Positions 1-9,711 of a stretch of DNA of 64,000 nucleotides are shown here, piece after piece. The first letter of the stretch is position 1, and each line of letters begins with the position of its first letter. The notes under the pieces are model-generated. The model saw only the letters and a program-made list of their open reading frames with translations, was not told where the DNA came from and did not search any database. The position numbers were made by a program, and so were the translations under genes. The stretch comes from an uncultured bacterium (GTDB lineage: Bacteria; Actinomycetota; Actinomycetes; S36-B12): the NCBI GenBank assembly GCA_963707385.1, contig CAVPPK010000002.1:354673-418672 (forward strand), given 5' to 3'.

Positions 1-571
1 GGCATCCTCGGTGAACACCTGGCGAGCAGGTCGAGGTCGGGAGTGTCGACGGCGGTCGCGTAGCGCCACGACGCCTCGCGCGCCCGCTCGGCGGTCTCGA
101 GCTGCTCGAGCCGGTCCGCCGACGCGCGGCCACGCTGCCCGGCAGGTGCTGCGCAGGAGTGAAGACCTTGCGCACGATGACGCCGACTCCGTCCGTCACG
201 ACGACATCGTCGACGTAGTCGCCCCAGCCCGTCGCCTCGTAGCCGCTGCCCTCGTGGAGGTAGTAGACCGTCGCCCGCACGGTCGCGCGCCCCGGGCCGT
301 CGATCGCCACCTGCGGGTTGACGAGGAGGTGCCGCGTGACGAACGGGTCCGGGAGCATGTCGCGCAGGGACGTGACGATCGCCTCGCGACCGTGCACCTG
401 CGTTCCGGGCATCTCGAGGACGGCGTCGTCGGCGAACGCCGAGCCCAGCAGCGCCCAGTCGCGGGTGTCGGCGCCCTCGGCGTAGCGGTAGAGAGCTGCG
501 CGGGCGGCCTCGCTGGTCTCCAGGCGCTCGAGTCGCACCGCCAGTGCGTGGACGTCCGTCGGTTCGGTCAT
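1..571 (-). CDS. NTF2/SnoaL-like protein; a second tandem NTF2 repeat continues past the window edge; frame interrupted
   Basis: ATG at 571, 4 nt after the ferredoxin stop. Reads MTEPTDVHALAVRLERLETSEAARAALYRYAEGADTRDWALLGSAFADDAVLEMPG. Below ~150 a second copy of the same helix (ADRLEQLETAERAREASWRYATAVDTPDLDLL) is readable only after a frame change. No stop before position 1. Confidence 0.6.
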   Translation of the reverse strand, partial: MTEPTDVHALAVRLERLETSEAARAALYRYAEGADTRDWALLGSAFADDAVLEMPGTQVHGREAIVTSLRDMLPDPFVTRHLLVNPQVAIDGPGRATVRATVYYLHEGSGYEATGWGDYVDDVVVTDGVGVIVRKVFTPAQHLPGSVAARRRTGSSSSRPPSGRARRRGATRPPSTLPTSTCSPGVHRGC

Positions 572-574
572 CGG

Positions 575-886
575 TCAGGCCTCCTCGCGGGGGTGCACCC
601 CGCGCTTGGTGAGGGTCACCGGCCCGGTGACGGTGAGGCGGCAGGCCAGGCGCCGGGACGGATCGACCATCCCCATGGTGCGCTCGAGCGTCTCCCGCTC
701 CTCGTCGGGCATGGGGCCGCAGTGCTCGGCCCCCTCGCGGACGATGCTCACGCACAGGCCGCAGGAGGCGGCCATCTCGCACTCGGTGGGCCACACGTAG
801 CCCGCGTCGTGGGCGGCCGACATGACCGTCTGCCCTTCGGTCACCTCGAGCTCGAGGCCCAGGGGGAGCACGGTGACCTGGCTCAT
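575..886 (-). CDS. [2Fe-2S] ferredoxin (adrenodoxin/putidaredoxin-like), intact
   Basis: 103-aa ORF. Ligand pattern C-x5-C-x2-C (CEMAASCGLC) plus a distal Cys in RLACRL. Typical electron carrier for Rieske or P450 systems. Confidence 0.9.
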   Translation of the reverse strand: MSQVTVLPLGLELEVTEGQTVMSAAHDAGYVWPTECEMAASCGLCVSIVREGAEHCGPMPDEERETLERTMGMVDPSRRLACRLTVTGPVTLTKRGVHPREEA

Positions 887-1001
887 GCACGCCTCCGTGA
901 AGAGTTTGGGAAGGGGCTACTTACCGTAGTCCGAATGCAGTAACATGCCAACCCTGACTTCGGCACGAGTCGTGCCCGACACCTCACGAGATGGGAACAC
1001 C
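887..1001. promoter_or_regulatory. Divergent promoter region (ferredoxin operon / SDR) carrying the island-wide AT-rich box
   Basis: AT-enriched spacer in a ~70% GC context. ttaccgtagtcc (921-932) is the reverse complement of GGACTACGGTAA. cagtaac lies at 938-944. Confidence 0.45.
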
Positions 1002-1766
1002 ATGGATCTTGGTCTCTCGGGCAAGCGCGCCCTCGTTACCGGCGGCACCCGCGGCATCGGCCGCGCGACCGTCGAGCTGCTGGCCGCCGAGGGGGCGTCC
1101 GTCGCCTTCTGCGCCCGCAACGCCGAGGCCGTCGAGGCCTTCGCCGAGGAGCTGCGCGGCCAGGGCGTCACGGTGTTCGCCCGCGCCATCGACGTGAGCA
1201 AGGAGGACGAGCTCAAGGGCTTCATCCGCGACGCGGCCGAGGCGCTCGGTGGCCTGGACATCCTCGTGAACAACGTCACGGGCGGCTCGCTCAAGGGCCC
1301 GGAGCAGTGGCAGCAGAGCCTGGAGCTCGACCTGCTGCCGCTCGTGCACCTCATCGACGAGGGCACCCCGATCCTCGAGGCGGCCGGCGGCGGATCGATC
1401 ATCGCGCTGTCGTCGACCTTCGGCTTCGACAACGTGTGGCCGAGCTCGCCCAACTCCTACGGCGCCTTCAAGGCGGCCATCGTCCGGCACGCGTCCGCGG
1501 CCGCCCAGGCGCTCGCGCCGAAGGGCATCCGCGTCAACACCGTCTCGCCCGGTCCCGTCTACTTCGAGGACGGCGACTGGGGCAAGATCAAGGCCGGTCG
1601 CCCCGAGGTCTACGAGAAGGTCCTCGGCTCGATCAAGCTGGGCCGCATGGGCAAGCCGGAGGAGGTGGCCGCGGTCATCGTCAGCCTCGCCAGCCCCGCG
1701 TTCGGCTACTGCGTCGGCACCAACGTGGTGTGCGACGGCGGCATGACGGTCCGCACCCAGTACTGA
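1002..1766 (+). CDS. SDR family oxidoreductase, intact
   Basis: MDLGLSGKRALVTGGTRGIGRA (TGxxxGIG Rossmann motif), NNV, SSxxxx..YxxxK (YGAFKAA). Single frame. The upstream part of ORF 945-1766 is unlikely to be coding. Confidence 0.9.
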   Translation: MDLGLSGKRALVTGGTRGIGRATVELLAAEGASVAFCARNAEAVEAFAEELRGQGVTVFARAIDVSKEDELKGFIRDAAEALGGLDILVNNVTGGSLKGPEQWQQSLELDLLPLVHLIDEGTPILEAAGGGSIIALSSTFGFDNVWPSSPNSYGAFKAAIVRHASAAAQALAPKGIRVNTVSPGPVYFEDGDWGKIKAGRPEVYEKVLGSIKLGRMGKPEEVAAVIVSLASPAFGYCVGTNVVCDGGMTVRTQY

Positions 1767-1784
1767 TCCGCACCCGATCCTGCC

Positions 1785-2619
1785 GTGACCGAGGAGGCGC
1801 AGCGCATGCCACGTCCGGCGCGCTGCGCCTCCTCGCGCATCGACGTCGCCCTCGTCGTCGGAGGGCGCTGGCACGACGTGGACTTCGCCCGGCTCGAGCT
1901 GCTCGACCTGCTCGCCGAGCACGACGCCGTGCGGTGCACGGTGCACTCGGACTTCTCCGAGATCGACGTGCTGGCCGCCGCCGACGCCGTCATCGCGTAC
2001 ACGTGCGACGTCCGACCGTCCGCCGAGGAGGCGGTCGTCGCTCGCCGAACGCCGTCCGCAGCGGCACGCGACTGCTGGCGCTGCACGCGACCAACTCGGC
2101 GATCGACCCGCCCGCCGACGGGCGGACCGCGACTCTTCCGCACCCCGGACGCGATGCCGGAGTTCACCGCGCTGCTCGGCAATCGCTTCCTCGCGCACCC
2201 GAAGATCGCGCCGGCGCGCATCGACGTCGTGCGTCCCAAGCATCCGCTCGTCGCCGGCGTGCCGCCGTTCGTCACGACGGACGAGGTGTACGTCCTGGCG
2301 CTTCGCGACGATCTCGACGTCCTCCTCGACACCGAGTTCGCCGGGGAGTGCCCCGGGTTCGAGGTCTCCCACAGCGGGCCCCGCACCCGGCATCCCGTCC
2401 TCTACACGCGCGACGAGGGCGCCGGGCGGGTCGTGTACTTCACGCTCGGCCACTGCCGGGGACGGTTCGACGTCGTCCGACCTCGGGGTCGCGGACCTCG
2501 GTGTCGTGGACCGCGTGGCGTGGGAGTCGCCGGAGTACCGCGAGGTCCTGCGGCGGTGCATGGCGTGGGCAGTGCACGGTGAGAGGTGGCAGGAATGCCC
2601 GGTGGAGGAGAGCGCATGA
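1785..2619 (+). CDS. ThuA-domain (trehalose-utilisation-like) protein; frame interrupted about 3 times
   Basis: IDVALVVGGRWHDVDFARLELLDLLAEHD..., LLALHATNSAIDPP (other frame), FLAHPKIAPARIDVV...VYFTLGHCRG, then DLGVADLGVVDRVAWESPEYREVLRRCMAWAVHG (third frame). The stop overlaps the next ATG (ATGA at 2616-2619). Confidence 0.7.
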
Positions 2620-3376
2620 GCAGCAGGGGAACCGCAGTCGTCACGGGAGCGGGGCAGGGCATCGGTCGGGCGATCGCGGAACGGCTGGTGGCGGACGGGT
2701 ACGACGTGCTCGCCCTCGACGTCGACGCCGGGACCCTCGCCGACGTGGGTGCGGCCCTCGGCTGCCGGACGGCCGTCGTCGACGTCACCGACGATGCGCG
2801 CCGTGGCGGCAGTGGCCGGCCAGGCACCGGAGTGCCGCGTGCTGGTCAACAATGCCGCGATCCAGCGCTACCAGGACCTCCTGCACACCACGCACGACGA
2901 GATGCGCACCGTGCTCGACGTCAACGTCATCGGCCCCGTGCTGATGGCGCAGGCGCTGGTGCCCGTGATGGCGGCCAACGGTGGCGGCGTCGTCGATCAA
3001 CCTGTCGTCCATCACGTCACGCGCGCACGCGGCGGCGACCTCGCTGTACCCGGCATCGAAGGCGGCGGTGAACCAGCTCACCGAGGCGATGGCGGTGGAG
3101 TTCGCGCCGATGGGCGTGCGCTGCAACGCGGTCGGGCCGGGCACCGTCATCACGGAGGGCACGGCCGGGCACTACGGCGACGAGGGCACGCGCGCCGCCA
3201 TCGCCGGTGTCCTGCCCGTCAACCGCATGGGCCAGCCCGAGGACATCGCGAACGCCGTCAGCTTCCTGTGCTCCGACGAGGCGTCGTGGATCACCGGTCA
3301 GACGCTCTTCGTCGACGGCGGCTACACCGCCGCGCACGGCTCGTTCTTCCGCTCGGCACGAAAGGCACCTCGATGA
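2616..3376 (+). CDS. SDR family oxidoreductase; frame interrupted near 2800 and 2990
   Basis: MSSRGTAVVTGAGQGIGRAIA, LVNNAAI, INLSSITS...YPASKAAV, RCNAVGPG, WITGQTLFVDGG. Pieces lie in ORFs 2586-3071, 2749-4512 and 2981-3376. Confidence 0.8.
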
Positions 3377-4349
3377 CCCGTCCGTTCCGCTTCGCCATCC
3401 AGGCCTTCAGCGCCACGTCGCGGGCCGAGTGGGTCGACCTCGTCCGCAAGGTGGAGGACAGCGGGTTCTCGACCCTCTTCGTGGCCGACCATCTGCTGGG
3501 CCCGGGCAGCCGCATCGAGGGCACGGGGCACCGCGTGCAGACGCTCGCGCTCATCCCCGCCCTCACGTCGGCCGCGATGGCCACGTCGACGTTGCGCATC
3601 GGCTCGCGCATGGCGTGCGTCAGCTACCACCTGCCGACGGTGCTCACCAAGGAGATGGCCTCCATCGACGTGCTGTCCGAGGGCCGGCTCGAGATCGGGC
3701 TCGGCGCGGGCTGGCTCGTCAACGAGTACGAGGGCATGGGCATCCCCTTCGAGTCCGCGGGCCGGCGCATCCAGCTGCTGCGCGAGACGGCGGAGTTCAT
3801 GCGCATGGCCTACGCGGGCGAGGGCGAGGTCGACTACCAGGGCGAGTTCATCCAGTCCTCCGGCTACGTCGCTGTCCCGCAGCCGCTGCAGCGTCCGCGT
3901 CCCCCGCTCATGATCGGCGGCGGCGCGCCGAAGGTGCTGGGCCTGGCGGGCGAGCTCGCCGACATCGTCAGCGTCAACTTCAACAACAGCAGCGGCGTCG
4001 TCGGAGCGGGCAGCATCTCGTCGTCGACCGAGGACGAGACGCACAAGAAGATCGAGTGGATCAGGGCAGGCGCCGGCGACCGGTTCGATCGAGCTGGAGC
4101 TGGAGACCGCCACCTACTTCATCTCGATCGAGGGCCGGTCCGAGATCACGCCGGAGGCCGTCTCCGCACGCACGGGGATGGCGATCGCCGACCTCAAGCG
4201 CTTCCCGCACGCGGCGGTCGGCAGCGTCGACGAGGTCTGCGAGGAGCTGGTGAGGCGTCGCGAGGAGTACGGCTTCTCGTACATCACCGTCGGCGACGCG
4301 CACCTGGACGCGTACCTGCCCATCGTCGAGAGGCTGTCCGGGCACATGA
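3373..4349 (+). CDS. LLM-class (luciferase-like) flavin/F420-dependent oxidoreductase; frame interrupted near 4090 and near the 3' end
   Basis: MTRPFRFAIQAFSA...STLFVADHLLGP...EIGLGAGWLVNEYEGMGIPF...PPLMIGGGAPKVLGLAGELADIV. C-terminus IELELETATYF...VDEVCEELVRRREEYGFSYITV is in the frame of ORF 4178. ATGA overlaps at both ends. Confidence 0.75.
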
Positions 4350-5168
4350 CGCACGAGTACGAGCTCGCCCATCTGTCGATGATCGCCGTGCCACCGGCAC
4401 GCCTCGCGGGGGTCGCGCGCGACGCGGGCTACCAGTACACGGGGTTCCGGCTGACCCCGAGTCCGTCGACGGGCATCGACCACCGGGTGCTCGGCAACGA
4501 TCGCGCGCTTGAGGCGCTGCGTCGCGCCGTCGACGACGCCGGCATCGCCATCCTCGACGTCGAGGTGATCCGGATGAAGGACCCCTCCGCCGTCGAGGCG
4601 GCACGGCCCCTGCTCGAGGCCGCCCAGGCGCTGGGCGCGCGGTACGTGATCGCGACCGTCGAGGACGACGACCCGGTGCGCCGCGTCGAGACCCTGGCGC
4701 GCATGGCCGAGCTGGCCGCCGAGCACGGCACGGGCATCGCGGTGGAGTTCATGCTGTTCTCGGCCGCGCGTGACCTCGGCACCTGCGTCGGGATCGTGCA
4801 GGAGGCAGGCGCCGCCGAACGTGGTCGGTCCTGGCCGACTCCCTCCACCTCGAGCGGTCGGGCGGCCACCCCGACGACCTGCGCCGGTACCCGGCGACCC
4901 TGTTCCCCTACGCGCAGATCTGCGGTGCCACGGGCGCTGGCCCGGCCGCCGACCCCGACGCCGCTCGGGCCGAGGGGGTCAGGGCGCGGCTCATGCCGGA
5001 CGAGGGCGACCTGCCGGTGAGCGCAGTTCATCGCCGCCCTGCCGCCCGACGACGATCCTGAGCGTCGAGGCACCGCTGGCCGGCCAGGCGGATCCGGCCG
5101 ATCCGCTCGCGCTGGCCGTCGCGATGCTCGCCTCGGCGCGTCGCGCGGCCGGGGAGCCCGCGGCGTGA
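4346..5168 (+). CDS. Sugar phosphate isomerase/epimerase (xylose-isomerase-like TIM barrel); several frame interruptions between 4800 and 5050
   Basis: MTHEYELAHLSMIAVPPARLAGVARDAGYQYTGFRLTPS...GIAILDVEVIRM...ARYVIATVEDDD...GIAVEFMLFSA. C-terminal piece LSVEAPLAGQADPADPLALAVAMLASARRAA ends at 5168 (GTGA overlap with the next gene). Confidence 0.7.
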
Positions 5169-5918
5169 CCGATTCCCGCGCCGAGGAGTTGCAGATCGAC
5201 GGCCTGGTCAACGCCCGCGACCTCGGCGGCCTGCGCACCCGCGACGGTCGCACGATCCTGTCGCGCCAGGTGATCCGCAGCGACAACCCCAAGGGCATGA
5301 CGGACCAGGGCCAGGTCGACCTCTCCGAGGTCGGTGGCTCCCGCGCTCGATCGTCGACCTGCGCATGGTGTTGGAGGTCGCGCGCGAGGGCTACACGATC
5401 GGACACGACCCTGCGCGCGTCGTCAACCTCCCGATGCTCCCGCAGTCGGGCGTGAACCAGGAGCAGATCGACGCCGGCGCCGCCGACAACCTCGTCGAGG
5501 ACTACCTGCGGCAGATCGACGTCAACGCCGGATCGATCGTCGAGGCGCTCCGCCTCGTCGCGGACCCGGCGAACCGGCCGGTCGTCGTCCACTGCACGGC
5601 GGGCAAGGACCGCACCGGGATCGTGGTGGCGATGCTGCTCGACATCCTCGGGCGTCGATCACGAGGTGATCGTGGCCGACTATCACGTCACGTCGGGCAA
5701 CATGGCGCCGATCCTGGAACGCATCCGCAGCGCGCAGGTGTTCCAGGACAACGGTCTGGCGGCCGCACCGATGTGGATCTTCGAGTCGCACCCGGAGACG
5801 ATGCGCGACTTCCTCGCGCGTATGACCGAGCGCTACGGCAGCGCCGAGCAGTGGGCGCTCGCAGAATGGCCTGAGCCCCGACGACATCGCCCGCCTGCGC
5901 GACACCCTCCTCGCCTGA
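5165..5918 (+). CDS. Tyrosine/serine phosphatase-like protein (CX5R, Y_phosphatase3-type); frame interrupted about 3 times
   Basis: GLVNARDLGGLRTRDGRTI, catalytic loop VVVHCTAGKDRTGIVVAML, then VIVADYHVTSGNMAPILERI... and C-terminal LSPDDIARLRDTLLA with TGA at 5916-5918. Confidence 0.8.
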
Positions 5919-5940
5919 TCTCCCGCGCTGCCACCTTGGC

Positions 5941-5996
5941 GAGTGCGTAGTTGTGGCCCGTTTCGGGCCGGCCACAGCGGCCACAACTACGCACTC
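5941..5996. terminator. Bidirectional stem-loop between convergent genes
   Basis: Perfect 18-bp inverted repeat GAGTGCGTAGTTGTGGCC (5941-5958) / GGCCACAACTACGCACTC (5979-5996). It lies between the phosphatase (+) and SDR (-) stops. Confidence 0.7.
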
Positions 5997-6030
5997 GGAG
6001 CAGCATGCGGCTACGCCAGGGCGACTGCAG

Positions 6031-6784
6031 CTAGGAGATCGTCTCCCCGCCGTCGACGAGGAGGGTCTGGCCGGTGATGAACGAGGCGTCGTCGCTGAGG
6101 AAGAAGCAGATGGCGGCGGCGAGCTCCTCGAGCGGTGCCCATCCGCTTCATGGGGATGGCCTGCCCGAAGATCTCCTCCCCCTTCTCCATGTCGCCACCC
6201 CGGGCGAGCATGAGGGGGGTCGTCATACCCGTGATGGTGCGGCCCGGGGCGACGCAGTTGATCCGCACCTCCGGCAGGGCCTCGAGCGCGAACTGCCGGG
6301 TGATGCCGGTGATGGCCGCCTTCGCGGCGCCGTACGGCACGTTGTTGTTGTTCGCCATGAAGGCCGCGGTCGACGCGATCGTGACGATCGAGCCCTTGCC
6401 ACGAGCCTTCATCACGGGGGTGGCGTACTTGCAGACGTTGAACGTCCCGCCGACGTGGACCTCCATCATCTTGTTGAAGCGGGCCGAGTCCCACTCCGCC
6501 AGGGGGCCGAACTCCGCATGGCCCGCCGCAGCCAGCACGAGGTCGATGCCGCCGAGCTGCTCGACGGTGGCGTCGACGGCCGCCTTGACCTGCGCCTCGT
6601 CCGCGACGTTGGCGCCCAGGCCGATGCAGCCGCCACCGATCTCCGCCGCGACGTCCTGTGCCTTGGACAGGTCCAGGTCGACGAGCGCAGCGCGCCCACC
6701 CTCAGCGACGACCCTCTCGGCGGTGGCACGACCGATGCCGCTGGCGCCGCCGGTGACGAACAGGACGGTGTTGTCGAAGCGCAT
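6031..6784 (-). CDS. SDR family oxidoreductase; one frame interruption near 6140
   Basis: MRFDNTVLFVTGGASGIGRATA, IASTAAF...YGAAKAAI, INCVAPG. The C-terminus reads ...ICFFLSDDASFITGQTLLVDGGETIS after a frame change, with a stop at 6031-6033. Confidence 0.8.
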
Positions 6785-6832
6785 GGGTTTCCTATCGATG
6801 GTGGGGACGGAGTGGGGAGAGTCCAGGCCGGG

Positions 6833-7358
6833 TCAGTGGCCCGCGGAGGGGGAGTCGCTCGGGCGTGCGCCCTCCGACGCCTTCCACATCTTGGCGCTGT
6901 CGAAGCCGATGCGGGTGACGGGGACCAGCTCCAGGACGACCCGGTCCGGGGAGTCGAGCATCGTGCGGAACGCCTCGGCCTTCTCGGGCTCGCCGGGGCG
7001 CATGGCGTTGGCGAACTCCGGGAGCACCCAGTCGAGCGTCTCCCGATCACGGTGGACGACCGCGGTGCACTTGTAGGTGATGGAGCGGCGCTCCTTCACG
7101 GACGAGCCCTTCGACGTGACCGCGATGCTCACGCGCGGGTCCTTGCGGATCGACGCGATCCGGGGGCGCTCCTCGCTGGCGGTCAGCCAGAAGCGACCGT
7201 CGCGGTAGATGAAGTTGACGATCACGCCCATCGGCCAGCCCTCCTTGCCGGCCCAGATGAGGGTGCACTCGGTCTGGGCGTCCAGGAGCTCCAGCTCGTC
7301 CTGCGGAATCGAGGGTGTAGGACGTCACGTCCTCCCAGTTCTTCGCCTGATCGGCCAT
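6833..7358 (-). CDS. Pyridoxamine 5'-phosphate oxidase-family (FMN/F420-binding split barrel) protein; one frame interruption near 7300
   Basis: N-terminus MADQAKNWEDVTSYTLDS (AAGGAG RBS upstream of ATG 7358) joins MGVIVNFIYRDGRFWLTASEERPRIASIRKDPRVSIAVTS... (ORF 6833-7231). Confidence 0.7.
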
Positions 7359-7442
7359 GGGGCTCCTTCGGGAGGTGGATCGTGGGCATCGGATTGTAGG
7401 AAATCCTTGCAATAACTGTAGTGACTGTCTAGTTTCTCTGTC
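7359..7442. promoter_or_regulatory. Divergent promoter region with composite box; candidate leaderless start for 7443
   Basis: TAGGAAATCCTTGCAA (7397-7412), CTGTAGTGAC (7416-7425), TGTCTAG (7426-7432). The -10-like TAGTTT (7430-7435) ends 7 nt before ATG 7443 and there is no SD sequence. Confidence 0.5.
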
Positions 7443-7895
7443 ATGCCTTTGACACTCGAGCAGATCACGGACCGGATCGAGATCGACGAGCTCCTCGCCC
7501 GCTACTCGCGGGCCCTGGACTTCCGGCACTTCGACGAGCTGGAAGGGATCTTCACTCCCGACGCCGAGTTCGACGCAGGAGGTCTCGGCCATCCGCACGG
7601 TCCGGCCGCCATCCGGGCGATGATCGAGGGGACGATCGGCGGCCTCGACGCCACCCAGCACCTCGTGGGCAAGAGCATCATCGAGTTCGGCGAGGACGGG
7701 AACTCGGCCGAGGTGCGCACCTACCTGATCTCCCAGCACATCCGGGAGTCGGCGCCCGGGCCCGTCAAGCACTACTTCCTCGGCGGGGAGTACTTCGATC
7801 GCGTCGTCCGGACCGCCGACGGCTGGCGGATCGCCTTCCGTCGCCTCGACCGGATGTGGAAGCAGGGCGACCGGGCCGTCATCTCGGCCACCTAG
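7443..7895 (+). CDS. NTF2/SnoaL-like (SnoaL_4) protein, intact
   Basis: 150-aa single-frame ORF. ITDRIEIDELLARYSRALDFRHFDELEGIFTPDAEFD...HLVGKSIIEF... is typical of the NTF2-like family. Confidence 0.85.
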   Translation: MPLTLEQITDRIEIDELLARYSRALDFRHFDELEGIFTPDAEFDAGGLGHPHGPAAIRAMIEGTIGGLDATQHLVGKSIIEFGEDGNSAEVRTYLISQHIRESAPGPVKHYFLGGEYFDRVVRTADGWRIAFRRLDRMWKQGDRAVISAT

Positions 7896-7942
7896 GCGCT
7901 ACCGTCCTCCCGCACCCCACCGAACTACTGCAGCACGCCCAG

Positions 7943-9711
7943 ATGAGGAGCACCATGGACACCTGGATCGCCGACACCGAGCCGAGCGAGCGCTTCCCGA
8001 TCTACACCCGCGCCAACGCCGACGAGGTCGGCCCCGACCCGTTCACGCCGCTGAACTGGACCCTCACCTGGGAGCAGGGGATCGTGCCCGGGAACGGCCG
8101 ACGCGTGGATCGCGCTCGGGACGTTCGAGCCGGACGAGTTCCTCTGGACCAAGCCGGAGACCTACGGCTCCTGGGGCGGCTACTTCTACAACCAGGTGTC
8201 CCTCGGCCGGGTGTTCGGCTACCGCATGCCGGGGGCGACGCCCGACGCCATCGACATCTCGTTCTTCGGCCAGAACCCCACGGTGCCCGCCGTACGTCCA
8301 CGATCCGCGCGACGACAACGAGGCGTGCTCGGCGAAGCTGGGCGAGTCCTTCGGCGCGATCCTCGGCGGGCGCTCAGGAGGCGCTCTCCGCCGACTACCT
8401 GGCGCAGGCAGCCGCAGTGGCGGGCCAGCCGGCCGGACCTCGCGGCCGATCACCGACGCCGAGCTCGTCGAGTACGGCCGCACCTCGGCGCGGTGGCAGC
8501 GCCCGGGCTGGGACGCCTACGCCCAGGTCGTCATCGGCGCCACCGTCGGTCCGCAGATCGTGCAGGGGATCGCCGAGGCCGTCGGCAAGCCGGAGCTGGC
8601 CATCCAGATCTTCGGGGCACTCGGCGACGTCGCCTCGGCGGGCATGTCCGGAGCGGGTCTGGGACCTGTCGCGCCTGGTCCGCGACTCGCGCGGAGCTGA
8701 CCGCGGCCTTCGATGCCGGCGTCGAGGGTCTCGGCCGACCGGCTCGCGCGCCGAGCCCGGCAGCGGCGGAGTTCAACGCCGCGTTCGCCGACCTGCTCGA
8801 GACGTTCGGGCATCGCGGCGTCAACGAGTGGGAGATCAGCGCCGACACCTGGCTGATCAACCCCACGCTGGCGTACCAGATGATCGACCGCGTGCGCCGG
8901 CAGGACGACGCGAACGTCGCCGACGCTGCGTGCCGCCGAGTCGGCCACAGCGCCGGGAGGCCGCCGTGGCGGAGCTCACCGCCGCGGTCGCGGGCGACGA
9001 GGCCACCGCCGGCCTGCTGGCCGCCGGCATCGCCGTCCGGCCAGTCGTCCTACCGGCTGCGCGAGGCGGGCAAGAACGCCACGGTCATGCTCATGCAGGA
9101 GCCCAAGCTCGCGTTCCGCGAGCTCGGCCGCCGGATGCACGAGCGCGGCCACCTCGTCGACCCGATGCACGTGTTCCAGCTGCTCGAGAGCGAGCTGGAC
9201 GGCGTTCCTCGCGGATCCGGCGTCCTTCACCGACACCCTCGCCTCGCGGCACGCCGCAGTGGCTCACCCTCGCCGAGCTCGAGCCGCCGTACCTCGTCAT
9301 CCGCGACCGGCCGATCCCGCCGATCAGCGAGTGGCCGAAGCGCCGCCGGTACGTCCGAGGGCGAGGCGGCCGCCGTCGGGCACCGAGATGAAGGGCATCC
9401 CCGGCTCGCAGGGCACCGTCACCGCTCGCACCCGGGTCATCCTCGACCTGGCCGACGCCGACTCCCTCGAGCCCGGCGAGATCCTCGTCTGCACCACGAC
9501 GGACCCGTCGTGGGTGCCGCTGTTCATGATCGCCAGCGCGGTCATCTGCGAGATCGGCGCGCAGGCAAGCCACGCGGTGATCGTCAGCCGCGAGCTCGGC
9601 GTCCCGTGCGTCGTCTCGCTGGCCGGCGCGAGCAGCATCGCTGCCCGACCGGGCACCCTGGTCGAGCTCGACGGATCGACGGGCGCCGTCACGGGTCGTC
9701 GAGACGGCGTG
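7943..9711 (+). CDS. PEP-utilizer 'mobile domain' (swivelling phospho-His) protein, paralogue 1, no ATP-grasp; at least 8 frame interruptions
   Basis: N-terminus MDTWIADTEPSERFPIYTRANADEVGPDPFTPLNW matches paralogues 2 and 3. C-terminus GIPGSQGTVTARTRVILD...EPGEILVCTTTDPSWVPLFMIASAVICEIGAQASHAVIVSRELGVPCVV. Probable end ...VVETA with TGA at 9709-9711. Confidence 0.75.

Noticed and set aside
11-943. 310-aa plus-strand ORF covering the first kilobase
   Set aside because: It lies antisense to the ferredoxin and NTF2-like genes. Its translation is an Arg-rich shadow frame.
984-2852. 622-aa ORF on the minus strand, one of the longest in the track
   Set aside because: It lies antisense to three well-supported plus-strand genes (SDR, ThuA-like, SDR). 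Its translation is Arg/Ala/Gly/Pro-rich low-complexity sequence with no motif. This is a typical high-GC shadow ORF.
4178-5020. Apparent fusion ORFs spanning two genes (4178-5020; 9259-10143; 12600-14663; 51708-53651; 55025-56500)
   Set aside because: Stop codons are rare in this GC-rich DNA and frames are shifted by indels. Internal start/stop overlaps (ATGA/GTGA), RBSs and domain boundaries show these are neighbouring genes read through artificially, not true multidomain fusions.
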